From the NCBI GenBank assembly GCA_049322255.1, contig JBMORE010000157.1, positions 1 to 64,000 on the forward strand: DNA of 64,000 nt, in the 5' to 3' direction. The position numbers and the translations under genes are program-made. The notes below the pieces were generated by a model that made no database searches, was not told the origin of the DNA, and saw only the letters and a program-made list of their open reading frames with translations. Of the stretch, positions 45,563 through 55,543 are shown piece by piece. The DNA comes from Myxococcota bacterium. GTDB taxonomy: Bacteria; Myxococcota; Myxococcia; Myxococcales; Myxococcaceae. Each line of letters opens with the position of its first letter. Position 1 is the first letter of the stretch.

Positions 45563-46432
45563 ATGAAGGATCTCAAGACGCTCACCGTTCGTTACCTGCG
45601 CGAGCTGGCGCGCAAACACGTGGGGAAGGGTTACAGCAAGCTCAAGACCAAGAAGCAGCTGATCGACGCGCTCAAGAAGCTGGCGCCTGGCCTCCTTGCG
45701 CCCAAGCGCAAGCCGGTCAAGGCCGCCACGGGGAAGAAGACCGCCCAGGTGACTCGGGTGGCCAAGCCCAAACCGCCCGCGCAGCACCCTGCCGAGCCTT
45801 TGGTAGAGGGCTTCTTCGTGGCTCGGGTTGCCGGAGAGAACGAGGCGCGGCGCCACCACTTGACCGAAGAAAAGGGCCACGCGGTGGTCGAGCACGAACC
45901 CGGCGTGGAGTACGACGAGCAGTTGGGCGAGCTGCCCGACTCCTACGAAGACGACACCGTGGTGCTTTTGCCGCGCGACCCCGGCACGCTGTACTTCTTC
46001 TGGGACTTTCGGCGCCGGACGAAGGAGGCAGCGCTCGCCGGCCTTGTCTCGCCGCGCGCGCTGATGCGGGTCTACGACGGCGATCGGTTGGTGCGCGAGG
46101 TCGACTTCGCTCTCGAGTCGAAGAGCTTCTATTTGCACGGGCTCACCCCGGGGCACGCGTACCGGGTCGAGGTGCTCTTCGTCGGCGCCGACGGGCAGGA
46201 ACGGAGGCTGGCTGCTCCGACGCCTTTGGTAGCGACTCCCCGCCGCGGGGTGTCGGCGGACCGCACGGTGCGCTCCTGGCGCATTCCCTGGGACGTTCCC
46301 CTCTCCCGGCTGCGCCAGTATGCCGCGGAGGGCCGGCTGCAGATGACCGAAGGAAAACCGCCTCCCCAGCATGTCGAGGTCGCTCGCGCCGCGATGCCCA
46401 CCAGCCCTGGCGGAGCGCCGTGGGCCCGCTGA
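45563..46432 (+). CDS. DUF4912-type protein with Rho_N-like N-terminus
   Basis: LTVRYLRELARK...YSKLKTKKQLIDAL; ELPDSYEDDTVVLLPRDP..LYFFWD; adjacent to GH57. Confidence 0.8.
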   Translation: MKDLKTLTVRYLRELARKHVGKGYSKLKTKKQLIDALKKLAPGLLAPKRKPVKAATGKKTAQVTRVAKPKPPAQHPAEPLVEGFFVARVAGENEARRHHLTEEKGHAVVEHEPGVEYDEQLGELPDSYEDDTVVLLPRDPGTLYFFWDFRRRTKEAALAGLVSPRALMRVYDGDRLVREVDFALESKSFYLHGLTPGHAYRVEVLFVGADGQERRLAAPTPLVATPRRGVSADRTVRSWRIPWDVPLSRLRQYAAEGRLQMTEGKPPPQHVEVARAAMPTSPGGAPWAR

Positions 46433-48012
46433 ACGGCTACCTCTCCATCGTCCTCCATGCGCACCTGCCCTTCGTGCGCCACCCCGAGCACGCAGAGTTC
46501 CTCGAGGAAGACTGGCTCTACGAGGCGGTGAGCGAGACATACCTGCCGCTGCTCGGCGTGTTCGACCGGCTGGCGGACGAGGGCGTGCCCTTCGCCCTGA
46601 CGATGACCCTCTCGCCCACGCTGGTGTCGATGCTGCGCGACGAGCTCTTGATGTCCCGCTACGCGCGCCGGCTCGACAAGCTGTGCGAGCTTTCCGAGAG
46701 GGAAGCTCACCGCACCCGGAACGACCCGGCGTTCGCCCAGGTGGCGCGCTTCTACCGCGACCACTTCACCGGCTTGCGCCACGCCTTCCATGAGCGGTAT
46801 CGGCGCGACCTGGTGGGTGGGTTCCGGAGGCTGCAGGACGCCGGCCACCTCGAGATCATCACCTGCTGCGCCACCCACGGCTTTTTGCCCCTGATGCAAA
46901 ACCAACCGGCGGCGGCGCGCGCACAGATCTCGGTCGCTGCGCAGCACTACCGGCAGGTGTTCGGCAAGAATCCCAACGGCATCTGGCTCGCCGAGTGCGG
47001 CTACTACCCCGGGGTGGAAGAGCTGCTCGCGCGCGAGGACATTCGCTTCTTCTTCGTCGACACGCATGGCATCACCGACGCCACCCCACGGCCGGTGTAC
47101 GGAGTGTACGCGCCGGTGTTCACCGAGGCCGGAGTGGCGGCGTTTGGCCGCGACATCGAGTCGAGCCAGCAGGTGTGGAGCGCCGAATTCGGTTACCCGG
47201 GAGACGCGGTGTACCGGGAGTTCTATCGGGACGTGGGCTGGGATTTGGACCTCGAATACGTGCGCCCTTACGTCCAGGCCACCGGGGAGCGGAAGAACAC
47301 CGGGCTCAAGTACTTCCGCATCACCGGGAAGACCCCCCACAAAGAGCCGTACGATCCCGGCGCCGCGCGCGAGCGGGCGGCGATCCACGCTGGCAACTTC
47401 CTCTTCAACCGCGAGCGACAGATCGAGCACCTCGCCGCGCAGATGAACGGCCAGCCGCCCATCGTGGTCGCTCCCTACGACGCCGAGCTGTACGGCCACT
47501 GGTGGTTCGAGGGGCCGTGGTTTCTCGACTTTCTCATTCGCAAGGTGGCGTTCGACCAGAAGGTCTTTCAACTGGCCACACCGGCGCAGTACCTGCGTGA
47601 GCACCCCGAACAACAAGTGTGCACGCCGGCCATGTCCAGCTGGGGCGAGAAGGGCTACGCCCACATGTGGCTCGACGGCTCGAACGACTGGGTTTACCGT
47701 CACCTCCACAAGTGCGCCGAGAAGATGACGGCGCTGGCCCGCGACTACCCCGAACCGAGCGCGTCGACCCGGCGTGCCCTCGACCAGGCGGCGCGGGAGC
47801 TGCTCTTGGCTCAGGCCTCGGACTGGGCGTTCATCATGAAGACGGGCACCATGGTCGACTACGCCGTCCGCCGTACCAAGGAACACGTGCTGCGCTTCCT
47901 CAAGCTCGAAGCGCAGATTCGCGCCGGACGCATCGACGAGCGCTGGCTGTCGTACGTGGAAGGGAAGAACAACCTCTTTCCCGAGATCGACCATCGCGTC
48001 TACCGGTCCTGA
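46420..48012 (+). CDS. GH57 1,4-alpha-glucan branching enzyme (with DUF1957-type C-terminus)
   Basis: LHAHLPFVRHP, EEDWLYEA..ETYLP, THGFLPL, WLAEC, YDAELYGHWWFEG, LLAQASDWAFI. Confidence 0.93.
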   Translation: MGPLNGYLSIVLHAHLPFVRHPEHAEFLEEDWLYEAVSETYLPLLGVFDRLADEGVPFALTMTLSPTLVSMLRDELLMSRYARRLDKLCELSEREAHRTRNDPAFAQVARFYRDHFTGLRHAFHERYRRDLVGGFRRLQDAGHLEIITCCATHGFLPLMQNQPAAARAQISVAAQHYRQVFGKNPNGIWLAECGYYPGVEELLAREDIRFFFVDTHGITDATPRPVYGVYAPVFTEAGVAAFGRDIESSQQVWSAEFGYPGDAVYREFYRDVGWDLDLEYVRPYVQATGERKNTGLKYFRITGKTPHKEPYDPGAARERAAIHAGNFLFNRERQIEHLAAQMNGQPPIVVAPYDAELYGHWWFEGPWFLDFLIRKVAFDQKVFQLATPAQYLREHPEQQVCTPAMSSWGEKGYAHMWLDGSNDWVYRHLHKCAEKMTALARDYPEPSASTRRALDQAARELLLAQASDWAFIMKTGTMVDYAVRRTKEHVLRFLKLEAQIRAGRIDERWLSYVEGKNNLFPEIDHRVYRS

Positions 48013-48016
48013 CCAC

Positions 48017-50032
48017 GTGCGCACCCAGAAGCTCAACAAGAAGAAGGCGGCGGCGATGCTCGAGGAGGCGAAGCTGCACCTCGCCGCTGGCGATGCGACG
48101 CGCGCCGAAGAGCTTCTCCAAGAGGTGGCATTTGCCTCCGAGGTGTCGGCGCCGGTCTTCTTCGCGGTGCTCGCCGACGCACAGGCCCGCCAAGACAAGT
48201 ACGCCGACGCGGTGGTCTCGCTCGAAGAGGGCTTGCGCCGCTTCCCCCACGAGCCGGACCTCGAGGCGCGGTTGGGCAACGCCCTCGTCCTCACCGACCG
48301 GGTGGAAGAGGGTTTGCGCCACTTCGAGCGCGCCAAGGCACGTCTGGGCCGCCAGGCAGAGTTCCTCGTTCAATACGCCCTCGCTCTCGTTCGCGCCGGG
48401 CGTCTCGACGAGGCTGAAAATGCGCTCTCGGCCGCCGCCGCCGCCGGGGGAGGGCCGCAGGCGCGGCTGATGACCGCACTGGTGTGGGGCCGCCGGGGTC
48501 GCTACGCCGAGGCGGAAAAGTTGGCGCGCTCGGTGGAGGAGGCTTCCGCCACCAAAAACCCCGAGCTTTCTTCCGCCGCCGCCGCGATGCGCGCCGACGC
48601 CAAGCTCTTTCAGGGAGACGCCGCCGGAGCGCTCGCCCTGTGGAAGGACCTGCGCCGAAGAGGCGTGCTGGAGGACGATCAGCTCGGTCACATGGCTTAC
48701 GCCGCGCAGCTCGCCGGTGAACCCGAGCTTTGCGACGAGCTGGTTTCCCTGCGCACCGAGCGCGGTCCTTTGGCGGAGGACCTCTTGCTCTTCGCGCAGA
48801 TTTCCAACCTGCGCGGCAGGCCCCAGGAAGCGCTCACCCACCTGGCGGCGTCGGAGCGGGCAGGTGGCGAGCGTCACCCCGGTCACGCCTTCGAGATGCT
48901 GGCCACCCGCGGGCGTGCGCTGAGGCTGTTGGGCGAGCGCGAAAAGGCGCGCGCGGCGCTCGATGTGGCGGCGGCGATGCCGGAAGCGGCGAGCGGGCGG
49001 TTGGGCCCCAAGGTGCGGGTCGACCTCGGCCACCTGGCTGCCGAAGAAGGCGATTTTGAACGCGCGTCCGCGCACTTTTTGGCGGCCCAGGCGATGGACC
49101 CCAGCGATCCCGAAGCCAAGCACGCGCTGTCTTTGACCGAGCGGCGAGTGGCGTGGCGAACCGAGCTGGAGGCCTCTGCCCAGGCCCGGATCGAAGCCGC
49201 GCAGGCCGAGGCCGAGGCGCTGCGCCGGAGGTTCCTCTCTCGTGAAGGTGAGCTGGAGGGCCTGCGCCGTGAGCTTGAGCGCATGAAGGCGGCCCAGCGC
49301 GACACCGAAGAGAAGGCCCACCGTGTCGTCACCTCGGCGGTGGCCGAGCAAGAGAAGAAAGTGCGCGAGGAGCTGTGGGCCCGCGAGCAGGAGATCGAGG
49401 AGAAGGCCGTCGCCAACGTCGAGCGCGCCCTGGGGCCGCACCCAGAAGCGTGCCCAGCGCCGCTCAAGAATCTGCTCCTGGTCGCCGAGCGCACCTTTCA
49501 GAAGGCGCTGTATACCGAGCTGCCGGCGGCGGCGGTGGCGGTGCTCTTCTCGGGTGCCCTGGAGCGGGCGCTCTTCGTGCTCTTCGTCGAGCGCTTCGAG
49601 GCGTGGCTCGACGAGCAGGGCGCGCGCGCGGCGTTTCTGCAGGCAGCGGTGCGCGAGCGGCGCGGCAAGCGCGTGGAGTACTTCGACCATTTCGTCGAGG
49701 CCTTCGACCGAGAGCGGGCAGGCAAGGCTCCCTCGCTGGGCGAAGTGGGGCGTGCGCTGGAGCGGCGGCGCGAGCCTTACCTGCGCCCCTTTGTCGAGTT
49801 TCTCAAGGCGCGTTACGCGGTGAGCGATGACTTCTACGACCAGCTCGCCCAATTCGTCTCCTGGAGCAAGGAGAAGCTGCGCGATCCGGTGGCACACGGC
49901 CGCGGCATCGATTTGGGCTACGAGGAGCTCAAGCGCTTCCGCGAGCAGCTGCTCTTCCATTTCGGCGCGGCCGAGCACGGCCTGCTCGCCTTGCTTCTCT
50001 CCCCCTCTCCCGCTGGGAGAGGGCGGGGGTGA
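48017..50032 (+). CDS. TPR-repeat + coiled-coil protein with C-terminal HEPN-like domain
   Basis: TPR helices in the N-terminal ~370 aa, then coiled coil; C-terminal ...SGALERAL...SLGEV...KLRDPVAHG (RxxxxH). TPR call is secure; HEPN is inferred. Confidence 0.75.
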   Translation: MRTQKLNKKKAAAMLEEAKLHLAAGDATRAEELLQEVAFASEVSAPVFFAVLADAQARQDKYADAVVSLEEGLRRFPHEPDLEARLGNALVLTDRVEEGLRHFERAKARLGRQAEFLVQYALALVRAGRLDEAENALSAAAAAGGGPQARLMTALVWGRRGRYAEAEKLARSVEEASATKNPELSSAAAAMRADAKLFQGDAAGALALWKDLRRRGVLEDDQLGHMAYAAQLAGEPELCDELVSLRTERGPLAEDLLLFAQISNLRGRPQEALTHLAASERAGGERHPGHAFEMLATRGRALRLLGEREKARAALDVAAAMPEAASGRLGPKVRVDLGHLAAEEGDFERASAHFLAAQAMDPSDPEAKHALSLTERRVAWRTELEASAQARIEAAQAEAEALRRRFLSREGELEGLRRELERMKAAQRDTEEKAHRVVTSAVAEQEKKVREELWAREQEIEEKAVANVERALGPHPEACPAPLKNLLLVAERTFQKALYTELPAAAVAVLFSGALERALFVLFVERFEAWLDEQGARAAFLQAAVRERRGKRVEYFDHFVEAFDRERAGKAPSLGEVGRALERRREPYLRPFVEFLKARYAVSDDFYDQLAQFVSWSKEKLRDPVAHGRGIDLGYEELKRFREQLLFHFGAAEHGLLALLLSPSPAGRGRG

Positions 50033-50042
50033 GGGGCGTCAC
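50000..50042. repeat. REP-like palindromic repeat (CCCTCTCCC-n-GGGAGAGGG / CCCCTCACC family), copy 1
   Basis: TCCCCCTCTCCCGCTGGGAGAGGGCGGGGGTGAGGGGCGTCAC; reverse complement resembles 55540-55581. Confidence 0.8.
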
Positions 50043-50592
50043 CAAGCCCCAAGCGCTCGCGCTTCTCGCTCCTGGCTTCGGCGGAAGCCCAAAGCAAACG
50101 ATTCTCCTCGCAGTCAAAGAGGCTCTTGCCAAGCGCCGAATCGAATCCACCGCGCTGTCTTTCCCGTCCGGAGGGCTGAGCGAAGGATTCGCGCGAGAAA
50201 TCGCGCAGCTTCGGCGAGCGCGCGAAAAGCTTCGCCGACGTCGGCGAGTCCCGATCGCGCTGATCGGCCGTTCGTTCGGGGGTCGCATCTGTGCGTTCCT
50301 TTCGCGGCAGGAACCTCCCGATGCCTTGGTGGTACTTGGCTGGCCCATTCGTCCGAAGGGGAAGCGGCGAGAGATGGACGAGGAGGCGCTCCTCGCGCTG
50401 ACCTGCCCGACGCTCATCGTGCAGGGCGAGCGTGACGAGCTGGGGCCGCTGTGTGTCCTCGAGCCGCTGGTGAAGCGAAACCGGAACGTCGAGCTCCACC
50501 TGCTCCCAGGCGCCGGCCACGCCTTCGGCCGTCATGGCGAGCGCGAGGCAGCGGAACAGGTCGCCCGCTGGCTTGCGGCGCGGCTGGGCTGA
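50029..50592 (+). CDS. Alpha/beta hydrolase (small KANL3/Tex30-like type)
   Basis: GRSFGG nucleophile elbow, QGERD, GAGHAF. Confidence 0.85.
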   Translation: MRGVTKPQALALLAPGFGGSPKQTILLAVKEALAKRRIESTALSFPSGGLSEGFAREIAQLRRAREKLRRRRRVPIALIGRSFGGRICAFLSRQEPPDALVVLGWPIRPKGKRREMDEEALLALTCPTLIVQGERDELGPLCVLEPLVKRNRNVELHLLPGAGHAFGRHGEREAAEQVARWLAARLG

Positions 50593-50675
50593 GAGCCGCA
50601 CGACAGGCGTCATCGCCCTCGCTCGAGCTTGGACGGGAAGGGGAACCGCGCGGAGGACGGGGTGCCGGAGCCGAC

Positions 50676-51494
50676 ATGACCGCCTACCTTCTGGGGCTCA
50701 TGATTGCCGCAGCGCCCCCGCCAGAGCGCCAAAAGGCTTTGCGCGACGAGAAGCTCGGGCAGACGGTCGATTTCTACCGGCGATCTTTCCCGGTTCGCCC
50801 AGGCAAGGAGTGGACGACCATCTATTTGCAGCGCATCGGCGATTTCTCACCGGCGAAGCAGAAGGTGCTCGAGGCCACCGCCGACTACGTCGCACGGTTC
50901 TTCGGGCTGCCGGTGAAGCTCGCGCCCGCGCTCTCCTCATCGGAGATTCCGGCGAGCGCCCGTCGCCTCCACCCCGACTGGGGAGTGCCGCAGATTCTGA
51001 CCACCTACGTGATGAACGAGGTGCTCAAACCGCGCCGGCCCAAGGACGCGGTGGCGTACATCGGGTTCACCGCGGAAGACTTATGGCCGGGCGAGGGCTG
51101 GAACTTCGTCTTCGGCCAGGCCTCGCTCTACGACCGCGTTGGAGTGTGGAGCTTGAACCGGTTCGGCGATCCGTCGAGGTCGAAGGCAGAGTTCCGCCTC
51201 GTCCTCCTCCGCGCGCTGAAGACGGCGGTGCACGAGCTTTCGCACATGCTGGGCCTCCACCACTGCGTTGCGTTCGAGTGCGTCATGAACGGCACCAACC
51301 ACATGCAGGAATCTGACTCGCGGCCGCTCGAGTTGTGCCCGCTGTGCTTGCAAAAGGTGGCGTGGAATACCGGCGTGGATTCGATGACGCGTTTCCAGAA
51401 GTTGCTCGAGCTCGATGAAAAGCACGGGCTCAAGGCCGAGGCGGCCTATGTGAGGAAGGCGCTCAGGATTTTGCGCAGCGCGAGTCATCCTTAG
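50676..51494 (+). CDS. Archaemetzincin (M54) zinc metalloprotease
   Basis: WNFVFGQA, HELSHMLGLHHC, CVMN, LCPLC. Confidence 0.9.
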   Translation: MTAYLLGLMIAAAPPPERQKALRDEKLGQTVDFYRRSFPVRPGKEWTTIYLQRIGDFSPAKQKVLEATADYVARFFGLPVKLAPALSSSEIPASARRLHPDWGVPQILTTYVMNEVLKPRRPKDAVAYIGFTAEDLWPGEGWNFVFGQASLYDRVGVWSLNRFGDPSRSKAEFRLVLLRALKTAVHELSHMLGLHHCVAFECVMNGTNHMQESDSRPLELCPLCLQKVAWNTGVDSMTRFQKLLELDEKHGLKAEAAYVRKALRILRSASHP

Positions 51495-53986
51495 GGCGCC
51501 ACCCCGCGCAGCACCCCGCCACCTTCGCCGCCGAGCCAGATCTCGGTCGCCGATCCCCCGGCCATCGACGTCAACCGGCGCTGCGAGCCCGAGTCGATGA
51601 GCTTCCAGTCGGCGCCGTCGAAGCGTACCGCGTAGGCGAAGGCGAGGGGCGTCACGGTGTAGCCCACCGCATAGAGGTTATCGACCGAGCTGCCCCACAT
51701 GGCGGAGAACACATCGGGGAGGATGCCGCCGGGTGCGTCGATCACCGACAGCTCGGCGGTGTTCCAGTACACCCCGTAGCGCGCGTCGCCGAAGGCGAAG
51801 GCCTCGCTCTGGCCGGGAGTCCACACCGCGCGCCAAGCGCCGTGGTTGACGTTGGGCGAGTCCCGGGGAGCAAACGCGTTGCCGGAAAGCTCGAAGAGCC
51901 CGCGGTCGCCGGCGATGAACACCTCGCTCGGGCTTGCGCAGTGAACGGCATGGAGGTCTTCGATTGTCGGAGGAGGCAGCGCTTGCAGGCCGGCGGCGTT
52001 CCCGCGGAAGACGAAACCGCCCGCGGAGACGGCGAAGACGGAGCTGCCGCAATACTGAATGTCGTTGATTTGCCCTGCCGCGCCGCCCGAGAGGGTGACC
52101 GGCGCCCAGCTGCTGCCGTCAAACCGGAGGATTTGTCCCACTCCGCCGGCGAGCACCTCGGTGGACGAGCCGACCGCCACCGAGCTCACCTCCCCGACGA
52201 AAGGGCTCGTCCCCAGCTCGCTCCAGCTCGACGCGCCGGTGCGCACCATCACTTTGCCGACGCGGGAAGTGCACGCTGCATTGGCGCACTCGTTGACGGC
52301 GGCCACCACCGTCGACCCTGCCACTGCGACGTCGGCGACGTTCCCGTAAAAGCCGCGCGACACCTCGGTGAACGCTCCGGCGGCGTACTCCCACACCGCG
52401 CCGAAATCCCCCACCGCGTAGCCCTGCGCCCCTTGCCCGAAGAGGCCGCGAACAATCTGCGGCCCGCGCAGGGCCTGCGAAGTCCACGTGCCGCCGACCG
52501 GCTCGTAGGTCAAAAGATGCCCGGCCCTCCCGGCGCGCCCAGCGAGCACCACCTTCCCGTCCAGCAGGGCGAGCGCGGTGAGCTCGTCGAGCGCCGGGGT
52601 CGCCGGGAGGTTGATCGCCGTCCACGCACCCGCGGCGAAGTGCCACAGCTTGTCACCGCCCGCGGCCCAGGCTTCGCTGCCCGCCGCGTTGGCCAGCGTG
52701 CCCGCGGTGAGCAGCACCGACAGCTGCGTCTGGAAGAGCGAGTTCCAGGTCGTCGTCGCGGGGTCGTAGGCATAGAGGGAGCCGCGGTTGCCCAAGGTGG
52801 TGAAGCCGCCTGCCCCGTTGCCCAACACCGAGAGGAGAATCTCGAACGAGGGGCTGTACTCGCGCACCCACGTGCCGTTGCGGCGCACGAGGACGTCGTT
52901 GCCCTGGCCCACCGCCATCCCGTGCGTGCCGTCGAACCACATGGCGCGTGGCTGCACCGAGTCGAAGGTGGTCACCACCGGTTGGCTGTTCTTCACCTCG
53001 ACCAGCACGCCGCGGTTGGCGCTCGTGCCCACCGCCACCGCGTCGGACAGCGAGGTGCCACCCACCGCGCGCAAGGTGACGCCGGGGTTGGAGAAGTGCC
53101 GAGTCCACACGTCGCCAGCGGCTCGTGAGAGCACGGTGGCGTTGGCTCCCACGAAAAAGGCGCTCGTTCCCACCAGCGCGCCGCCCCACAGGTCGTTGCC
53201 CGTGGGGAAGGGGTTGTCGTGCACGAAGGTCTGCGGCCCCACCGCGCTGCCCTGCACGCGAACCACCGCGGTGGCAAAGAGGCTGCCTGCCCGTGCGGTC
53301 ACCGTGCCGGTGCCTGGCCCGGTGGCGGTGAGAAGCCCGTTCCCGTCGATGGTCGCCACCCGCGGCGGAAGAACGCTCCAGGTGATGGGCAGGGCGAGCG
53401 GGTTGCCGGCGGGGTCGGTCACCGTGGCGCCAAATTGCTGAGTGTCTCCCACGCGGAGGAAAGCTTCGGGTGGGGAGAGCTCGATCTTCGACACCGCTGG
53501 TTGCGCCGGGCTGGTGACCCAGAACAGGCCCAGCCGCTCGCTTTTCGCCTCGACGAGGGTGACGGGTTGCCCGAGCAGCTCGGTGACGGTGCGGGCGCCC
53601 GGCAGCTGGAGGTAAGCGTCGTCGCCCGCCTGCCTGCGCATGTCGAAGGTACCCACGTCGACACCCGCCGGAACGCGCTCGGTCAAGTAGGGAAGGGTGA
53701 TTTTCACCGGCTCGTTGAAGGTGAGGCTGCTGGGGGAGAAGCGGTAGCCGAAGCTCACCCGCTTGCGCCCGGGCACCTCGGGAACGCCGCTGTCGATGAC
53801 GGTGACGGTGATCTGCGCCTTGGCGGCAAGCGCGTTCTTGGGAATCTCGATGGCCGCGCCCTCGCGGATGAAGATGCCGCCCTCGGGGCCAGCGAAGATG
53901 ACACCGCCGCCATCGTCGCCGGTGTCGATGGAGGGTGGGCAGCCGGCGAGGGCCGCGGCGAGCGGAACCCAGTAAAGCCGTGACAT
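51491..53986 (-). CDS. Lipoprotein with ZU5-like, Ig-like (Big_2) and beta-propeller repeat domains
   Basis: LAG|C lipobox; GPEGG...IEIPKNAL...F.P.SLTF..PV; WSV...VATIDGNG; repeated 'W.......AVG..G' blades. Confidence 0.75.
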   Translation of the reverse strand: MSRLYWVPLAAALAGCPPSIDTGDDGGGVIFAGPEGGIFIREGAAIEIPKNALAAKAQITVTVIDSGVPEVPGRKRVSFGYRFSPSSLTFNEPVKITLPYLTERVPAGVDVGTFDMRRQAGDDAYLQLPGARTVTELLGQPVTLVEAKSERLGLFWVTSPAQPAVSKIELSPPEAFLRVGDTQQFGATVTDPAGNPLALPITWSVLPPRVATIDGNGLLTATGPGTGTVTARAGSLFATAVVRVQGSAVGPQTFVHDNPFPTGNDLWGGALVGTSAFFVGANATVLSRAAGDVWTRHFSNPGVTLRAVGGTSLSDAVAVGTSANRGVLVEVKNSQPVVTTFDSVQPRAMWFDGTHGMAVGQGNDVLVRRNGTWVREYSPSFEILLSVLGNGAGGFTTLGNRGSLYAYDPATTTWNSLFQTQLSVLLTAGTLANAAGSEAWAAGGDKLWHFAAGAWTAINLPATPALDELTALALLDGKVVLAGRAGRAGHLLTYEPVGGTWTSQALRGPQIVRGLFGQGAQGYAVGDFGAVWEYAAGAFTEVSRGFYGNVADVAVAGSTVVAAVNECANAACTSRVGKVMVRTGASSWSELGTSPFVGEVSSVAVGSSTEVLAGGVGQILRFDGSSWAPVTLSGGAAGQINDIQYCGSSVFAVSAGGFVFRGNAAGLQALPPPTIEDLHAVHCASPSEVFIAGDRGLFELSGNAFAPRDSPNVNHGAWRAVWTPGQSEAFAFGDARYGVYWNTAELSVIDAPGGILPDVFSAMWGSSVDNLYAVGYTVTPLAFAYAVRFDGADWKLIDSGSQRRLTSMAGGSATEIWLGGEGGGVLRGVAP

Positions 53987-54124
53987 GGGTGAACCTCGGT
54001 GGTCTTCCTTCGGCCCGGGTGTACCAAATCTACGGGAAGAGACCTTCTACTCCAATGTTGAAGACCGGCGAAGCGAAGTTGGGTGCTTGCCCGTGGACGT
54101 TCGCTGGTTAGTAAAGGAACCGCC

Positions 54125-55543
54125 ATGAACATTTCATCTTCGAGTGCCAAGGTTTTTGCGTTGGTTCTTGGTCTGTGCATCGCCACAGCGGTGCAGGCGC
54201 AAAAGGTCGACCCGGCCGCCGCGCTTCCCTCGTTGGCGCCGCTCATCGAGTCGGCCAAGCGCGCGGTGGTGAACGTCGATGTCCAGGTGTCACACCCCCG
54301 GTTGGCCTCCATGGGCTCGGGGGAGCACGACAACGATCTGTTCGAGCACTTCTTCCGCCAGGGTCGCGGCCGCCGCATGCCGCCGGTCATGCCCAGCGCG
54401 GGCTCGGGCTTCATCATCGACCCACGGGGCCTGGTCTTGACCAACAACCACGTGGTGGAGCACGCGGTGGCCATTCGGGTGCACCTCGACGACGGGCGCG
54501 CTTACGACGCCGACGTCCTGGGGCGCGACCCGCTCACCGACGTGGCGCTCATCAAGCTTCGGGGCAAGGTGGAGAACCTGCCGGTGGCTCGGCTGGGGGA
54601 TTCCAATGCGCTGCGGGTGGGCGACTGGGTGGTGGCGATCGGCAACCCCTTTCGCCTGGCGTCGAGTGTGAGCTTGGGCATCGTCTCGGCGCGAGAGCGC
54701 AACATCCGCGCCGGACCCTACGACGAGTTCATTCAAACCGACGCGGCGATCAACCCGGGCAACTCAGGCGGCCCGCTGTTCAACCTCCAAGGAGAGGTGG
54801 TGGGCATCAACACCGCGATCATCGGAGGCGGCGCGGGCGGCATCGGCTTCGCGGTGCCCATCCACGTCGCCAAGGCGCTCTTGCCCCAGCTGGAGAAGGA
54901 CGGCAGCGTCACCCGCGGCTGGCTGGGGGTCGGCATTCAAGACCTGAGCGGAGATTTGGCCAAGGCGTTGGGGGTGCCCGGCGGCGAGGGAGCCGTGGTC
55001 ACCTCGGTCAACGACGGCTCGCCGGCGAAGAAGGGCGGCCTGCGCGAGGACGACGTGATTCTTGCTGTGGACGGCGAGAAGGTGAGCTCGGGCGGAGCGC
55101 TCTCACGCACGGTCGCGCTCAAGCGTCCGGAGAGTACGGTTTCTCTCTCGGTGCTTCGCGGTGGAAAGCCGATGGAGCTCAAGGTCAAGCTCGGCACCCG
55201 GCCCGATCTGGAAAACGTGGGGATGCGTGGGCGAGCTCCGGCCGCCGAGGAGCGTCAGCAGCGGGTGGGCCTGCTCTTTTCCGATGTCGATCCGCGGCTG
55301 GCACGCAGCGACGGGCTGCCGCCGAGTGGAGCGCTGATCACCGAGGTGGTGCCCGGGTCGCCCGCCGAGCGCGCCGACCTCATGCCGGGAATGGTGGTGA
55401 TTGAAGCCGATCGCAAGCCGGTGAAGAGCGCCGCCGACTTGGCCCGCATCGTCAAGGCGAGTCGCCCGGGCGATGTCGTGCTCTTGCGTGTGGTGGGGCC
55501 GCAGGGCACCGCCCGGTCGCTGCGCGCGCTTCGGGTGCCGTGA
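54125..55543 (+). CDS. HtrA/DegP-family serine protease with two PDZ domains
   Basis: Signal peptide; GSGFII, TNNHVV, DVAL, IQTDAAINPGNSGGPL; two PDZ domains. Confidence 0.95.
   Translation: MNISSSSAKVFALVLGLCIATAVQAQKVDPAAALPSLAPLIESAKRAVVNVDVQVSHPRLASMGSGEHDNDLFEHFFRQGRGRRMPPVMPSAGSGFIIDPRGLVLTNNHVVEHAVAIRVHLDDGRAYDADVLGRDPLTDVALIKLRGKVENLPVARLGDSNALRVGDWVVAIGNPFRLASSVSLGIVSARERNIRAGPYDEFIQTDAAINPGNSGGPLFNLQGEVVGINTAIIGGGAGGIGFAVPIHVAKALLPQLEKDGSVTRGWLGVGIQDLSGDLAKALGVPGGEGAVVTSVNDGSPAKKGGLREDDVILAVDGEKVSSGGALSRTVALKRPESTVSLSVLRGGKPMELKVKLGTRPDLENVGMRGRAPAAEERQQRVGLLFSDVDPRLARSDGLPPSGALITEVVPGSPAERADLMPGMVVIEADRKPVKSAADLARIVKASRPGDVVLLRVVGPQGTARSLRALRVP

Noticed and set aside
45502..46419. 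836-aa GH57 ORF with long N-terminal extension
   Set aside because: The extension overlaps the real DUF4912 gene in another frame; GH57 motifs start after GTG 46420.
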